This document shows positions 1 through 14,200 of a stretch of DNA of 64,000 nucleotides, in pieces (the stretch's first letter is position 1; every line of letters starts with the position of its first letter). The stretch lies in the NCBI GenBank assembly GCA_964057225.1, contig OZ059894.1, positions 18,104,001-18,168,000 of the forward strand, in the 5' to 3' direction. Under the pieces are notes generated by a model. It worked only from the letters and a program-made list of their open reading frames with translations. It did no database searches and was not told the origin of the DNA. Both the position numbers and the translations under genes were made by a program. Source of the DNA: Auanema rhodensis (taxonomy: Eukaryota > Animalia > Nematoda).

Positions 1-3000
1 GGGAAGCGAGTTACATACCATGTGCACATCACGTGTACATTTAATTAGCATAAATTAAAGTTCACGTAAATTTCAAATTCATGGTTACCTTGCACCAGTA
101 TCAATGAAAATTTGTTTTCGGACTAATATGGCCATGGGGAATCTAATTTTGAAAACCGCATCTCTTTATCTTTTACGGAAAGCGAGTTACATACCATGTG
201 CCCATCACGTGTACATTTAATTAGCATAAATTAAAGTTCACGTAAATTTTAAAGTCATGGTTACCATGCACCAATAACCATAAAAATTTGTTTTTAGACT
301 AATATGGACATGGGGAATCTAACTTTGAAAACCGCATCTCTTTATCTTTCACGGGAAGCGAGTTACATACCATGTGCCCATCACGTGTACATTTAATTAG
401 CATAAATTAAAGTTCACGTAAATTTTAAAGTCATGGTTACCATGCACCAATATCCATAAAAATTTGTTTTTAGACTAATATGGACATGGGGAATCTAACT
501 TTGAAAACCGCATCTCTTTATCTTTCACGGGAAGCGAGTTACATACCATGTGCACATCACGTGTACATTTATTTAGCATAAATTAAAGTTCACGTAAATT
601 TCAAAGTCATGGTTACCATGCACCTATATCAATAAAAATTTGTTTTCAGTCTAATATGGAAATGGGGAATCTAATTTTGAAAACCGCATCTCTTTATCTT
701 TTACCGGAAACGAGTTACATATCATGTGTACATCACGTGTACATTTAATTAGCATAAATTAAAGTTCACGTAAATTTCAAAGTCATGGTTACCATGCGCC
801 TATATCAATAAAAATTTGTTTTTAGTCTAATATGGCCATGAGGAATCTAATTATGAAAACCGCATCTCTTTATCTTTTACGGGAAGCGAGTTACATACCA
901 TGTGTAAATCACGTGTACATTTAATTAGCATAAATTAAAGTTCACGTAAATTTCAAAGTCATGGTTACCATGCACCTATATCAATAAAAATTTGTTTTCA
1001 GTCTAATATGGAAATGGGGAATCTAATTTTGAAAACCGCATCTCTTTATCTTTCACGGGAAGCGAGTTACATACCATGTGCCCATCACGTGTACATTTAA
1101 TTAGCATAAATTAAAGTTCACGTAAATTTCAAAGTCATGGTTACCATGCACCAGTATCAATGAAAATTTGTTTTTGGACTAATATGGCCATAGGGAATTT
1201 AATTTTGAAAACGGCATCTCTTCATCTTTGAGTTACATACCATGTGTACATCACGTGTACATTTAATTAGCATAAATTAAAGTTCACGTAAATTTTAAAG
1301 TCATGGTTACCATGCACCAATATCCATAAAAATTTGTTTTTAGACTAATATGGACATGGGGAATCTAATTTTGAAAACCGCATCTCTTTATCTTTCACGG
1401 GAAGCGAGTTACATATTATGTGCACATCACGTGTACATTTAATTAGCATAAATTAAAGTTCACGTAAATTTCAAAGTCATGGTTACCATGCACCTATATC
1501 AATAAAAATTTGTTTTCAGTCTAATATGGAAATGGGGAATCTAATTATGAAAACCGCATCTCTTTATCTTTTACGGGAAGCGAGTTACATACCATGTGTA
1601 AATCACGTGTACATTTAATTAGCATAAATTAAAGTTCACGTAAATTTCAAAGTCATGGTTACCATGCACCTATATCAATAAAAATTTGTTTTCATTCTAA
1701 TATGGAAATGGGGAATCTAATTTTGAAAACCGCATCTCTTTATCTTTTACGGGAAGCGAGTTACATACCATGTGCACATCACGTGTACATTTAATTAGCA
1801 TAAATTAAAGTTCACGTAAATTTCAAAGTCATGGTTACCATGCACCAGTATCAATGAAAATTTGTTTTTGGACTAATATGGCCATCGGGAATTTAATTTT
1901 GAAAACGGCATCTCTTCATCTTTGAGTTACATACCATGTGTACATCACGTGTACATTTAATTAGCATAAATTAAAGTTCACGTAAATTTTAAAGTCATGG
2001 TTACCATGCACCAATATCCATAAAAATTTGTTTTTAGACTAATATGGAAATGGGGAATCTAATTTTGAAAACCGCATCTCTTTATCTTTTACGGGAAGCG
2101 AGTTACATACCATGTGCACATTACGTGTACATTTAATTAGCATAAATTAAAGTTCACGTAAATTTCAAATTCATGGTTACCTTGCACCAGTATCAATGAA
2201 AATTTGTTTTCGGACTAATATGGCCATGGGGAATCTAATTTTGAAAACCGCATCTCTTTATCTTTTACGGAAAGCGAGTTACATACCATGTGTACATCAC
2301 GTGTACATTTAATTAGCATAAATTAAAGTTCACGTAAATTTTAAAGTCATGGTTACCATGCACCAATATCCATAAAAATTTGTTTTTAGACTAATATGGA
2401 AATGGGGAATCTAATTTTGAAAACCGCATCTCTTTATCTTTTACGGGAAGCGAGTTACATACCATGTGCACATCACGTGTACATTTAATTAGCATAAATT
2501 AAAGTTCACGTAAATTTCAAATTCATGGTTACCTTGCACCAGTATCAATGAAAATTTGTTTTCGGACTAATATGGCCATGGGGAATCTAATTTTGAAAAC
2601 CGCATCTCTTTATCTTTTACGGAAAGCGAGTTACATACCATGTGCCCATCACGTGTACATTTAATTAGCATAAATTAAAGTTCACGTAAATTTCAAAGTC
2701 ATGGTTACCATGCACCTATATCAATAAAAATTTGTTTTCATTCTAATATGGAAATGGGGAATCTAATTTTGAAAACCGCATCTCTTTATCTTTTACGGGA
2801 AGCGAGTTACATACCATGTGCACATCACGTGTACATTTAATTAGCATAAATTAAAGTTCACGTAAATTTCAAAGTCATGGTTACCATGCACCAGTATCAA
2901 TGAAAATTTGTTTTTGGACTAATATGGCCATCGGGAATTTAATTTTGAAAACGGCATCTCTTCATCTTTGAGTTACATACCATGTGTACATCACGTGTAC

Positions 3001-4510
3001 ATTTAATTAGCATAAATTAAAGTTCACGTAAATTTTAAAGTCATGGTTACCATGCACCAATATCCATAAAAATTTGTTTTTAGACTAATATGGAAATGGG
3101 GAATCTAATTTTGAAAACCGCATCTCTTTATCTTTTACGGGAAGCGAGTTACATACCATGTGCACATTACGTGTACATTTAATTAGCATAAATTAAAGTT
3201 CACGTAAATTTCAAAGTCATGGTTACCATGGACCAGTATCAATGAAAATTTGTTTTTGGACTAATATGGCCATAGGGAATTTAATTTTGAAAACGGCATC
3301 TCTTCATCTTTGAGTTACATACCATGTGTACATCACGTGTACATTTAATTAGCATAAATTAAAGTTCACGTAAATTTTAAAGTCATGGTTACCATGCACC
3401 AATATCCATAAAAATTTGTTTTTAGACTAATATGGAAATGGGGAATCTAATTTTGAAAACCGCATCTCTTTATCTTTTACGGGAAGCGAGTTACATACCA
3501 TGTGCACATCACGTGTACATTTAATTAGCATAAATTAAAGTTCACGTAAATTTCAAATTCATGGTTACCTTGCACCAGTATCAATGAAAATTTGTTTTCG
3601 GACTAATATGGCCATGGGGAATCTAATTTTGAAAACCGCATCTCTTTATCTTTTACGGAAAGCGAGTTACATACCATGTGCCCATCACGTGTACATTTAA
3701 TTAGCATAAATTAAAGTTCACGTAAATTTTAAAGTCATGGTTACCATGCACCAATAACCATAAAAATTTGTTTTTAGACTAATATGGACATGGGGAATCT
3801 AACTTTGAAAACCGCATCTCTTTATCTTTCACGGGAAGCGAGTTACATACCATGTGCCCATCACGTGTACATTTAATTAGCATAAATTAAAGTTCACGTA
3901 AATTTTAAAGTCATGGTTACCATGCACCAATATCCATAAAAATTTGTTTTTAGACTAATATGGACATGGGGAATCTAACTTTGAAAACCGCATCTCTTTA
4001 TCTTTCACGGGAAGCGAGTTACATACCATGTGCACATCACGTGTACATTTATTTAGCATAAATTAAAGTTCACGTAAATTTCAAAGTCATGGTTACCATG
4101 CACCTATATCAATAAAAATTTGTTTTCAGTCTAATATGGAAATGGGGAATCTAATTTTGAAAACCGCATCTCTTTATCTTTTACCGGAAACGAGTTACAT
4201 ATCATGTGTACATCACGTGTACATTTAATTAGCATAAATTAAAGTTCACGTAAATTTCAAAGTCATGGTTACCATGCGCCTATATCAATAAAAATTTGTT
4301 TTTAGTCTAATATGGCCATGAGGAATCTAATTATGAAAACCGCATCTCTTTATCTTTTACGGGAAGCGAGTTACATACCATGTGTAAATCACGTGTACAT
4401 TTAATTAGCATAAATTAAAGTTCACGTAAATTTCAAAGTCATGGTTACCATGCACCTATATCAATAAAAATTTGTTTTCAGTCTAATATGGAAATGGGGA
4501 ATCTAATTTT
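1..4510. repeat. Block duplication with 3480-bp offset (20 monomers, four of them 166 bp)
   Basis: Bases 1-~1040 are repeated at 3481-~4520, including the private variants caataacc, tttatttag and ccatgagga. 20x176-40=3480. Confidence 0.9.
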
Positions 4511-4899
4511 GAAAACCGCATCTCTTTATCTTTTACGGGAAGCGAGTTACATACCATGTGCACATCACGTGTACATTTAATTAGCATAAATTAAAGTTCA
4601 CGTAAATTTCAAAGTCATGGTTACCATGCACCAGTATCAATGAAAATTTGTTTTTGGACTAATATGGCCATAGGGAATTTAATTTTGAAAACGGCATCTC
4701 TTCATCTTTGAGTTACATACCATGTGTACATCACGTGTACATTTAATTAGCATAAATTAAAGTTCACGTAAATTTTAAAGTCATGGTTACCATGCACCAA
4801 TATCCATAAAAATTTGTTTTTAGACTAATATGGAAATGGGGAATCTAATTTTGAAAACCGCATCTCTTTATCTTTTACGGGAAGCGAGTTACATACCAT

Positions 4900-7800
4900 G
4901 TGCACATTACGTGTACATTTAATTAGCATAAATTAAAGTTCACGTAAATTTCAAAGTCATGGATACCTTGCACCAGTATCAATGAAAATTTGTTTTCGGA
5001 CTAATATGGCCATGGGGAATCTAATTTTGAAAACCGCATCTCTTTATCTTTTACCGGAAACGAGTTACATATCATGTGTACATCACGTGTACATTTAATT
5101 AGCATAAATTAAAGTTCACGTAAATTTTAAAGTCATGGTTACCATGCACCAATATCCATAAAAATTTGTTTTCAGTCTAATATGGAAATGGGGAATCTAA
5201 CTTTGAAAACCGCATCTCTTTATCTTTCACGGGAAGCGAGTTACATACCATGTGCCCATCACGTGTACATTTAATTAGCATAAATTAAAGTTCACGTAAA
5301 TTCTAAAGTCATGGTTACCATGCACCAATATCCATAAAAATTTGTTTTTAGACTAATATGGAAATGGGGAATCTAATTTTGAAAACCGCATCTCTTTATC
5401 TTTTACGGGAAGCGAGTTACATACCATGTGCCCATCACGTGTACATTTAATTAGCATAAATTAAAGTTCACGTAAATTCTAAAGTCATGGTTACCATGCA
5501 CCAATATCCATAAAAATTTGTTTTTGGACTAATATAGCCATGGGGAATCTAATTTTGAAAACCGCATCTCTTTATCTTTTACGAGAAGCGAGTTACATAC
5601 CATGTGTAAATCACGTGTACATTTAATTAGCATAAATTAAAGTTCACGTAAATTTCAAAGTCATGGTTACCATGCACCTATATCAATAAAAATTTGTTTT
5701 CAGTCTAATATGGAAATGGGGAATCTAATTTTGAAAACCGCATCTCTTTATCTTTTACGGGAAGCGAGTTACATACCATGTGCACATCACGTGTACATTT
5801 AATTAGCATAAATTAAAGTTCACGTAAATTTCAAAGTCATAGTTACCATGCACCAGTATCAATGAAAATTTGTTTTTGGACTAATATGGCCATCGGGAAT
5901 TTAATTTTGAAAACGGCATCTCTTCATCTTTGAGTTACATACCATGTGTACATCACGTGTACATTTAATTAGCATAAATTAAAGTTCACGTAAATTTTAA
6001 AGTCATGGTTACCATGCACCAATATCCATAAAAATTTGTTTTCAGTCTAATATGGAAATGGGGAATCTAATTTTGAAAACCGCATCTCTTTATCTTTTAC
6101 GGGAAGCGAGTTACATACCATGTGCACATCACGTGTACATTTAATTAGCATAAATTAAAGTTCACGTAAATTTCAAAGTCATGGTTACCATGCACCAGTA
6201 TCAATGAAAATTTGTTTTTGGACTAATATGGCCATAGGGAATTTAATTTTGAAAACGGCATCTCTTCATCTTTGAGTTACATACCATGTGTACATCACGT
6301 GTACATTTAATTAGCATAAATTAAAGTTCACGTAAATTTTAAAGTCATGGTTACCATGCACCAATATCCATAAAAATTTGTTTTTAGACTAATATGGAAA
6401 TGGGGAATCTAATTTTGAAAACCGCATCTCTTTATCTTTTACGGGAAGCGAGTTACATACCATGTGCACATTACGTGTACATTTAATTAGCATAAATTAA
6501 AGTTCACGTAAATTTCAAAGTCATGGATACCTTGCACCAGTATCAATGAAAATTTGTTTTCGGACTAATATGGCCATGGGGAATCTAATTTTGAAAACCG
6601 CATCTCTTTATCTTTTACCGGAAACGAGTTACATATCATGTGTACATCACGTGTACATTTAATTAGCATAAATTAAAGTTCACGTAAATTTTAAAGTCAT
6701 GGTTACCATGCACCAATATCCATAAAAATTTGTTTTCAGTCTAATATGGAAATGGGGAATCTAACTTTGAAAACCGCATCTCTTTATCTTTCACGGGAAG
6801 CGAGTTACATACCATGTGCCCATCACGTGTACATTTAATTAGCATAAATTAAAGTTCACGTAAATTCTAAAGTCATGGTTACCATGCACCAATATCCATA
6901 AAAATTTGTTTTTAGACTAATATGGAAATGGGGAATCTAATTTTGAAAACCGCATCTCTTTATCTTTTACGGGAAGCGAGTTACATACCATGTGCCCATC
7001 ACGTGTACATTTAATTAGCATAAATTAAAGTTCACGTAAATTCTAAAGTCATGGTTACCATGCACCAATATCCATAAAAATTTGTTTTTGGACTAATATA
7101 GCCATGGGGAATCTAATTTTGAAAACCGCATCTCTTTATCTTTTACGAGAAGCGAGTTACATACCATGTGTAAATCACGTGTACATTTAATTAGCATAAA
7201 TTAAAGTTCACGTAAATTTCAAAGTCATGGTTACCATGCACCTATATCAATAAAAATTTGTTTTCAGTCTAATATGGAAATGGGGAATCTAATTTTGAAA
7301 ACCGCATCTCTTTATCTTTTACGGGAAGCGAGTTACATACCATGTGCACATCACGTGTACATTTAATTAGCATAAATTAAAGTTCACGTAAATTTCAAAG
7401 TCATAGTTACCATGCACCAGTATCAATGAAAATTTGTTTTTGGACTAATATGGCCATCGGGAATTTAATTTTGAAAACGGCATCTCTTCATCTTTGAGTT
7501 ACATACCATGTGTACATCACGTGTACATTTAATTAGCATAAATTAAAGTTCACGTAAATTTTAAAGTCATGGTTACCATGCACCAATATCCATAAAAATT
7601 TGTTTTCAGTCTAATATGGAAATGGGGAATCTAACTTTGAAAACCGCATCTCTTTATCTTTCACGGGAAGCGAGTTACATACCATGTGCACATCACGTGT
7701 ACATTTAATTAGCATAAATTAAAGTTCACGTAAATTTCAAAGTCATGGTTACCATGCACCAGTATCAATGAAAATTTGTTTTTGGACTAATATGGCCATC

Positions 7801-10800
7801 GGGAATTTAATTTTGAAAACGGCATCTCTTCATCTTTGAGTTACATACCATGTGTACATCACGTGTACATTTAATTAGCATAAATTAAAGTTCACGTAAA
7901 TTTTAAAGTCATGGTTACCATGCACCAATATCCATAAAAATTTGTTTTCAGTCTAATATGGAAATGGGGAATCTAATTTTGAAAACCGCATCTCTTTATC
8001 TTTTACCGGAAACGAGTTACATATCATGTGTACATCACGTGTACATTTAATTAGCATAAATTAAAGTTCACGAAAATTTTAAAGTCATGGTTACCATGCA
8101 CCAATATCCATAAAAATTTGTTTTTAGACTAATATGGACATGGGGAATCTAATTTTGAAAACCGCATCTCTTTATCTTTCACGGGAAGCGAGTTACATAT
8201 CATGTGCACATCACGTGTACATTTAATTAGCATAAATTAAAGTTCACGTAAATTTCAAAGTCATGGTTACCATGCACCTATATCAATAAAAATTTGTTTT
8301 CAGTCTAATATGGAAATGGGGAATCTAATTATGAAAACCGCATCTCTTTATCTTTTACGGGAAGCGAGTTACATACCATGTGTAAAACACGTTTACATTT
8401 AATTAGCATAAATTAAAGTTCACGTAAATTTCAAAGTCATGGTTACCATGCACCTATATCAATAAAAATTTGTTTTCAGTCTAATATGGAAATGGGGAAT
8501 CTAATTTTGAAAACCGCATCTCTTTATCTTTTACGGGAAGCGAGTTACATACCATGTGCACATCACGTGTACATTTAATTAGCATAAATTAAAGTTCACG
8601 TAAATTTCAAAGTCATGGTTACCATGCACCAGTATCAATGAAAATTTGTTTTTGGACTAATATGGCCATAGGGAATTTAATTTTGAAAACGGCATCTCTT
8701 CATCTTTGAGTTACATACCATGTGTACATCACGTGTACATTTAATTAGCATAAATTAAAGTTCACGTAAATTTTAAAGTCATGGTTACCATGCACCAATA
8801 TCCATAAAAATTTGTTTTTAGACTAATATGGAAATGGGGAATCTAATTTTGAAAACCGCATCTCTTTATCTTTTACGGGAAGCGAGTTACATACCATGTG
8901 CACATTACGTGTACATTTAATTAGCATAAATTAAAGTTCACGTAAATTTCAAAGTCATGGATACCTTGCACCAGTATCAATGAAAATTTGTTTTCGGACT
9001 AATATGGCCATGGGGAATCTAATTTTGAAAACCGCATCTCTTTATCTTTTACCGGAAACGAGTTACATATCATGTGTACATCACGTGTACATTTAATTAG
9101 CATAAATTAAAGTTCACGTAAATTTTAAAGTCATGGTTACCATGCACCAATATCCATAAAAATTTGTTTTCAGTCTAATATGGAAATGGGGAATCTAACT
9201 TTGAAAACCGCATCTCTTTATCTTTCACGGGAAGCGAGTTACATACCATGTGCCCATCACGTGTACATTTAATTAGCATAAATTAAAGTTCACGTAAATT
9301 CTAAAGTCATGGTTACCATGCACCAATATCCATAAAAATTTGTTTTTAGACTAATATGGAAATGGGGAATCTAATTTTGAAAACCGCATCTCTTTATCTT
9401 TTACGGGAAGCGAGTTACATACCATGTGCCCATCACGTGTACATTTAATTAGCATAAATTAAAGTTCACGTAAATTCTAAAGTCATGGTTACCATGCACC
9501 AATATCCATAAAAATTTGTTTTTGGACTAATATAGCCATGGGGAATCTAATTTTGAAAACCGCATCTCTTTATCTTTTACGAGAAGCGAGTTACATACCA
9601 TGTGTAAATCACGTGTACATTTAATTAGCATAAATTAAAGTTCACGTAAATTTCAAAGTCATGGTTACCATGCACCTATATCAATAAAAATTTGTTTTCA
9701 GTCTAATATGGAAATGGGGAATCTAATTTTGAAAACCGCATCTCTTTATCTTTTACGGGAAGCGAGTTACATACCATGTGCACATCACGTGTACATTTAA
9801 TTAGCATAAATTAAAGTTCACGTAAATTTCAAAGTCATAGTTACCATGCACCAGTATCAATGAAAATTTGTTTTTGGACTAATATGGCCATCGGGAATTT
9901 AATTTTGAAAACGGCATCTCTTCATCTTTGAGTTACATACCATGTGTACATCACGTGTACATTTAATTAGCATAAATTAAAGTTCACGTAAATTTTAAAG
10001 TCATGGTTACCATGCACCAATATCCATAAAAATTTGTTTTCAGTCTAATATGGAAATGGGGAATCTAACTTTGAAAACCGCATCTCTTTATCTTTCACGG
10101 GAAGCGAGTTACATACCATGTGCACATCACGTGTACATTTAATTAGCATAAATTAAAGTTCACGTAAATTTCAAAGTCATGGTTACCATGCACCAGTATC
10201 AATGAAAATTTGTTTTTGGACTAATATGGCCATCGGGAATTTAATTTTGAAAACGGCATCTCTTCATCTTTGAGTTACATACCATGTGTACATCACGTGT
10301 ACATTTAATTAGCATAAATTAAAGTTCACGTAAATTTTAAAGTCATGGTTACCATGCACCAATATCCATAAAAATTTGTTTTCAGTCTAATATGGAAATG
10401 GGGAATCTAATTTTGAAAACCGCATCTCTTTATCTTTTACCGGAAACGAGTTACATATCATGTGTACATCACGTGTACATTTAATTAGCATAAATTAAAG
10501 TTCACGAAAATTTTAAAGTCATGGTTACCATGCACCAATATCCATAAAAATTTGTTTTCAGTCTAATATGGAAATGGGGAATCTAATTTTGAAAACCGCA
10601 TCTCTTTATCTTTCACGGGAAGCGAGTTACATATCATGTGCACATCACGTGTACATTTAATTAGCATAAATTAAAGTTCACGTAAATTTCAAAGTCATGG
10701 TTACCATGCACCTATATCAATAAAAATTTGTTTTCAGTCTAATATGGAAATGGGGAATCTAATTATGAAAACCGCATCTCTTTATCTTTTACGGGAAGCG

Positions 10801-11000
10801 AGTTACATACCATGTGTAAAACACGTTTACATTTAATTAGCATAAATTAAAGTTCACGTAAATTTCAAAGTCATGGTTACCATGCACCTATATCAATAAA
10901 AATTTGTTTTCAGTCTAATATGGAAATGGGGAATCTAATTTTGAAAACCGCATCTCTTTATCTTTTACGGGAAGCGAGTTACATACCATGTGCACATCAC
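4900..11000. repeat. Nested block duplications with 1564-bp (9-mer) and 2434-bp (14-mer) offsets
   Basis: Marker ggataccttg lies at 4961, 6525 and 8959; marker acgagaagcg at 5581, 7145 and 9579; marker cgaaaatttt at 8071 and 10505. Boundaries are approximate. Confidence 0.85.
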
Positions 11001-11141
11001 GTGTACATTTAATTAGCATAAATTAAAGTTCACGTAAATTTCAAAGTCATGGTTACCATGCACCAGTATCAATGAAAATTTGTTTTTGGACTAATATGGC
11101 CATCGGGAATTTAATTTTGAAAACGGCATCTCTTCATCTTT

Positions 11142-11261
11142 GAGTTACATACCATGTGTACATCACGTGTACATTTAATTAGCATAAATTAAAGTTCACG
11201 TAAATTTTAACATGGGGAATCTAATTATGAAAACCGCATCTCTTTATCTTTTACGGGAAGC
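11142..11261. repeat. Truncated 120-bp monomer (56-bp internal deletion)
   Basis: Junction taaattttaa|catggggaat at 11210/11211; the gagttac-to-gagttac spacing is 120 bp. Confidence 0.95.
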
Positions 11262-14200
11262 GAGTTACATACCATGTGTAAATCACGTGTACATTTAATT
11301 AGCATAAATTAAAGTTCACGTAAATTTCAAAGTCATGGTTACCATGCACCTATATCAATAAAAATTTGTTTTCAGTCTAATATGGAAATGGGGAATCTAA
11401 TTTTAAAAACCGCATCTCTTTATCTTTTACGGGAAGCGAGTTACATACCATGTGCACATCACGTGTACATTTAATTAGCATAAATTAAAGTTCACGTAAA
11501 TTTCAAAGTCATGGTTACCATGCACCAGTATCAATGAAAATTTGTTTTTGGACTAATATGGCCATCGGGAATTTAATTTTGAAAACGGCATCTCTTCATC
11601 TTTGAGTTACATACCATGTGTACATCACGTGTACATTTAATTAGCATAAATTAAAGTTCACGTAAATTTTAAAGTCATGGTTACCATGCACCAATATCCA
11701 TAAAAATTTGTTTTTAGACTAATATGGAAATGGGGAATCTAATTTTGAAAACCGCATCTCTTTATCTTTTACGGGAAGCGAGTTACATACCATGTGCACA
11801 TCACGTGTACATTTAATTAGCATAAATTAAAGTTCACGTAAATTTCAAAGTCATGGTTACCATGCACCTATATCAATAAAAATTTGTTTTCAGTCTAATA
11901 TGGAAATGGGGAATCTAATTTTGAAAACCGCATCTCTTTATCTTTTACCGGAAACGAGTTACATATCATGTGTACATCACGTGTACATTTAATTAGCATA
12001 AATTAAAGTTCACGTAAATTTTAAAGTCATGGTTACCATGCACCAATATCCATAAAAATTTGTTTTTAGACTAATATGGACATGGGGAATCTAATTTTGA
12101 AAACCGCATCTCTTTATCTTTCACGGGAAGCGAGTTACATATCATGTGCACATCACGTGTACATTTAATTAGCATAAATTAAAGTTCACGTAAATTTCAA
12201 AGTCATGGTTACCATGCACCTATATCAATAAAAATTTGTTTTCAGTCTAATATGGAAATGGGGAATCTAATTATGAAAACCGCATCTCTTTATCTTTTAC
12301 GGGAAGCGAGTTACATACCATGTGTAAATCACGTGTACATTTAATTAGCATAAATTAAAGTTCACGTAAATTTCAAAGTCATGGTTACCATGCACCTATA
12401 TCAATAAAAATTTGTTTTTAGACTAATATGGGAATGGGGAATCTAATTTTGAAAACCGCATCTCTTTATCTTTTACGGGAAGCGAGTTACATACCATGTG
12501 CACATCACGTGTACATTTAATTAGCATAAATTAAAGTTCACGTAAATTTCAAAGTCATGGTTACCATGCACCAGTATCAATGAAAATTTGTTTTTGGACT
12601 AATATGGCCATCGGGAATTTAATTTTGAAAACGGCATCTCTTCATCTTTGAGTTACATACCATGTGTACATCACGTGTACATTTAATTAGCATAAATTAA
12701 AGTTCACGTAAATTTCAAAGTCATGGTTACCATGCGCCTATATCAATAAAAATTTGTTTTTAGTCTAATATGGCCATGGGGAATCTAATTATGAAAACCG
12801 CATCTCTTTATCTTTTACGGGAAGCGAGTTACATACCATGTGCACATCACGTGTACATTTAATTAGCATAAATTAAAGTTCACGTAAATTTCAAAGTCAT
12901 GGTTACCTTGCACCAGTATCAATGAAAATTTGTTTTCGGACTAATATGGCCATGGGGAATCTAATTTTGAAAACCGCATCTCTTTATCTTTTACCGGAAA
13001 CGAGTTACATATCATGTGTACATCACGTGTACATTTAATTAGCATAAATTAAAGTTCACGTAAATTTTAAAGTCATGGTTACCATGCACCAATATCCATA
13101 AAAATTTGTTTTCAGTCTAATATGGAAATGGGGAATCTAACTTTGAAAACCGCATATCTTTATCTTTCACGGGAAGCGAGTTACATACCATGTGCCCATC
13201 ACGTGTACATTTAATTAGCATAAATTAAAGTTCACGTAAATTTTAAAGTCATGGTTACCATGCACCAATATCCATAAAAATTTGTTTTCAGTCTAATATG
13301 GAAATGGGGAATCTAATTTTGAAAACCGCATCTCTTTATCTTTTACCGGAAACGAGTTACATATCATGTGTACATCACGTGTACATTTAATTAGCATAAA
13401 TTAAAGTTCACGTAAATTTTAAAGTCATGGTTACCATGCACCAATATCCATAAAAATTTGTTTTTAGACTAATATGGAAATGGGGCATCTAATTTTGAAA
13501 ACCGCATCTCTTTATCTTTTACGGGAAGCGAGTTACATACCATGTGCACATCACGTGTACATTTAATTAGCATAAATTAAAGTTCACGTAAATTCTAAAG
13601 TCATAGTTACCATGCACCAATATCCATAAAAATTTGTTTTTAGACTAATATGGAAATGGGGAATCTAATTTTGAAAACCGCATCTCTTTATCTTTTACGG
13701 GAAGCGAGTTACATACCATGTGCACATCACGTGTACATTTAATTAGCATAAATTAAAGTTCACGTAAATTCTAAAGTCATGGTTACCATGCACCAATATC
13801 CATAAAAATTTGTTTTCAGTCTAATATGGAAATGGGGAATCTAACTTTGAAAACCGCATCTCTTTATCTTTCACGGGAAGCGAGTTACATACCATGTGCC
13901 CATCACGTGTACATTTAATTAGCATAAATTAAAGTTCACGTAAATTCTAAAGTCATGGTTACCATGCACCAATATCCATAAAAATTTGTTTTTAGACTAA
14001 TATGGAAATGGGGAATCTAATTTTGAAAACCGCATCTCTTTATCTTTTACGGGAAGCGAGTTACATACCATGTGCCCATCACGTGTACATTTAATTAGCA
14101 TAAATTAAAGTTCACGTAAATTCTAAAGTCATGGTTACCATGCACCAATATCCATAAAAATTTGTTTTTGGACTAATATAGCCATGGGGAATCTAATTTT

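Noticed and set aside
1-176. Assignment to a named satellite family (alpha satellite, plant CEN178/CentO, Helitron-internal repeat)
   Set aside because: The unit length is similar, but I do not recognise sequence identity to any of them; a database search is needed.
1-176. 5S rRNA, tRNA or snRNA tandem gene array
   Set aside because: The monomer is AT-rich, with no recognisable RNA-gene sequence or Pol III internal promoter.
699-715. CENP-B-box-like ttttaccggaaacgagt (the segment removed by the 10-bp deletion)
   Set aside because: It matches only 6 of the 9 essential positions of nTTCGnnnnAnnCGGGn and lacks the TTCG core, so it is not supportable as functional.
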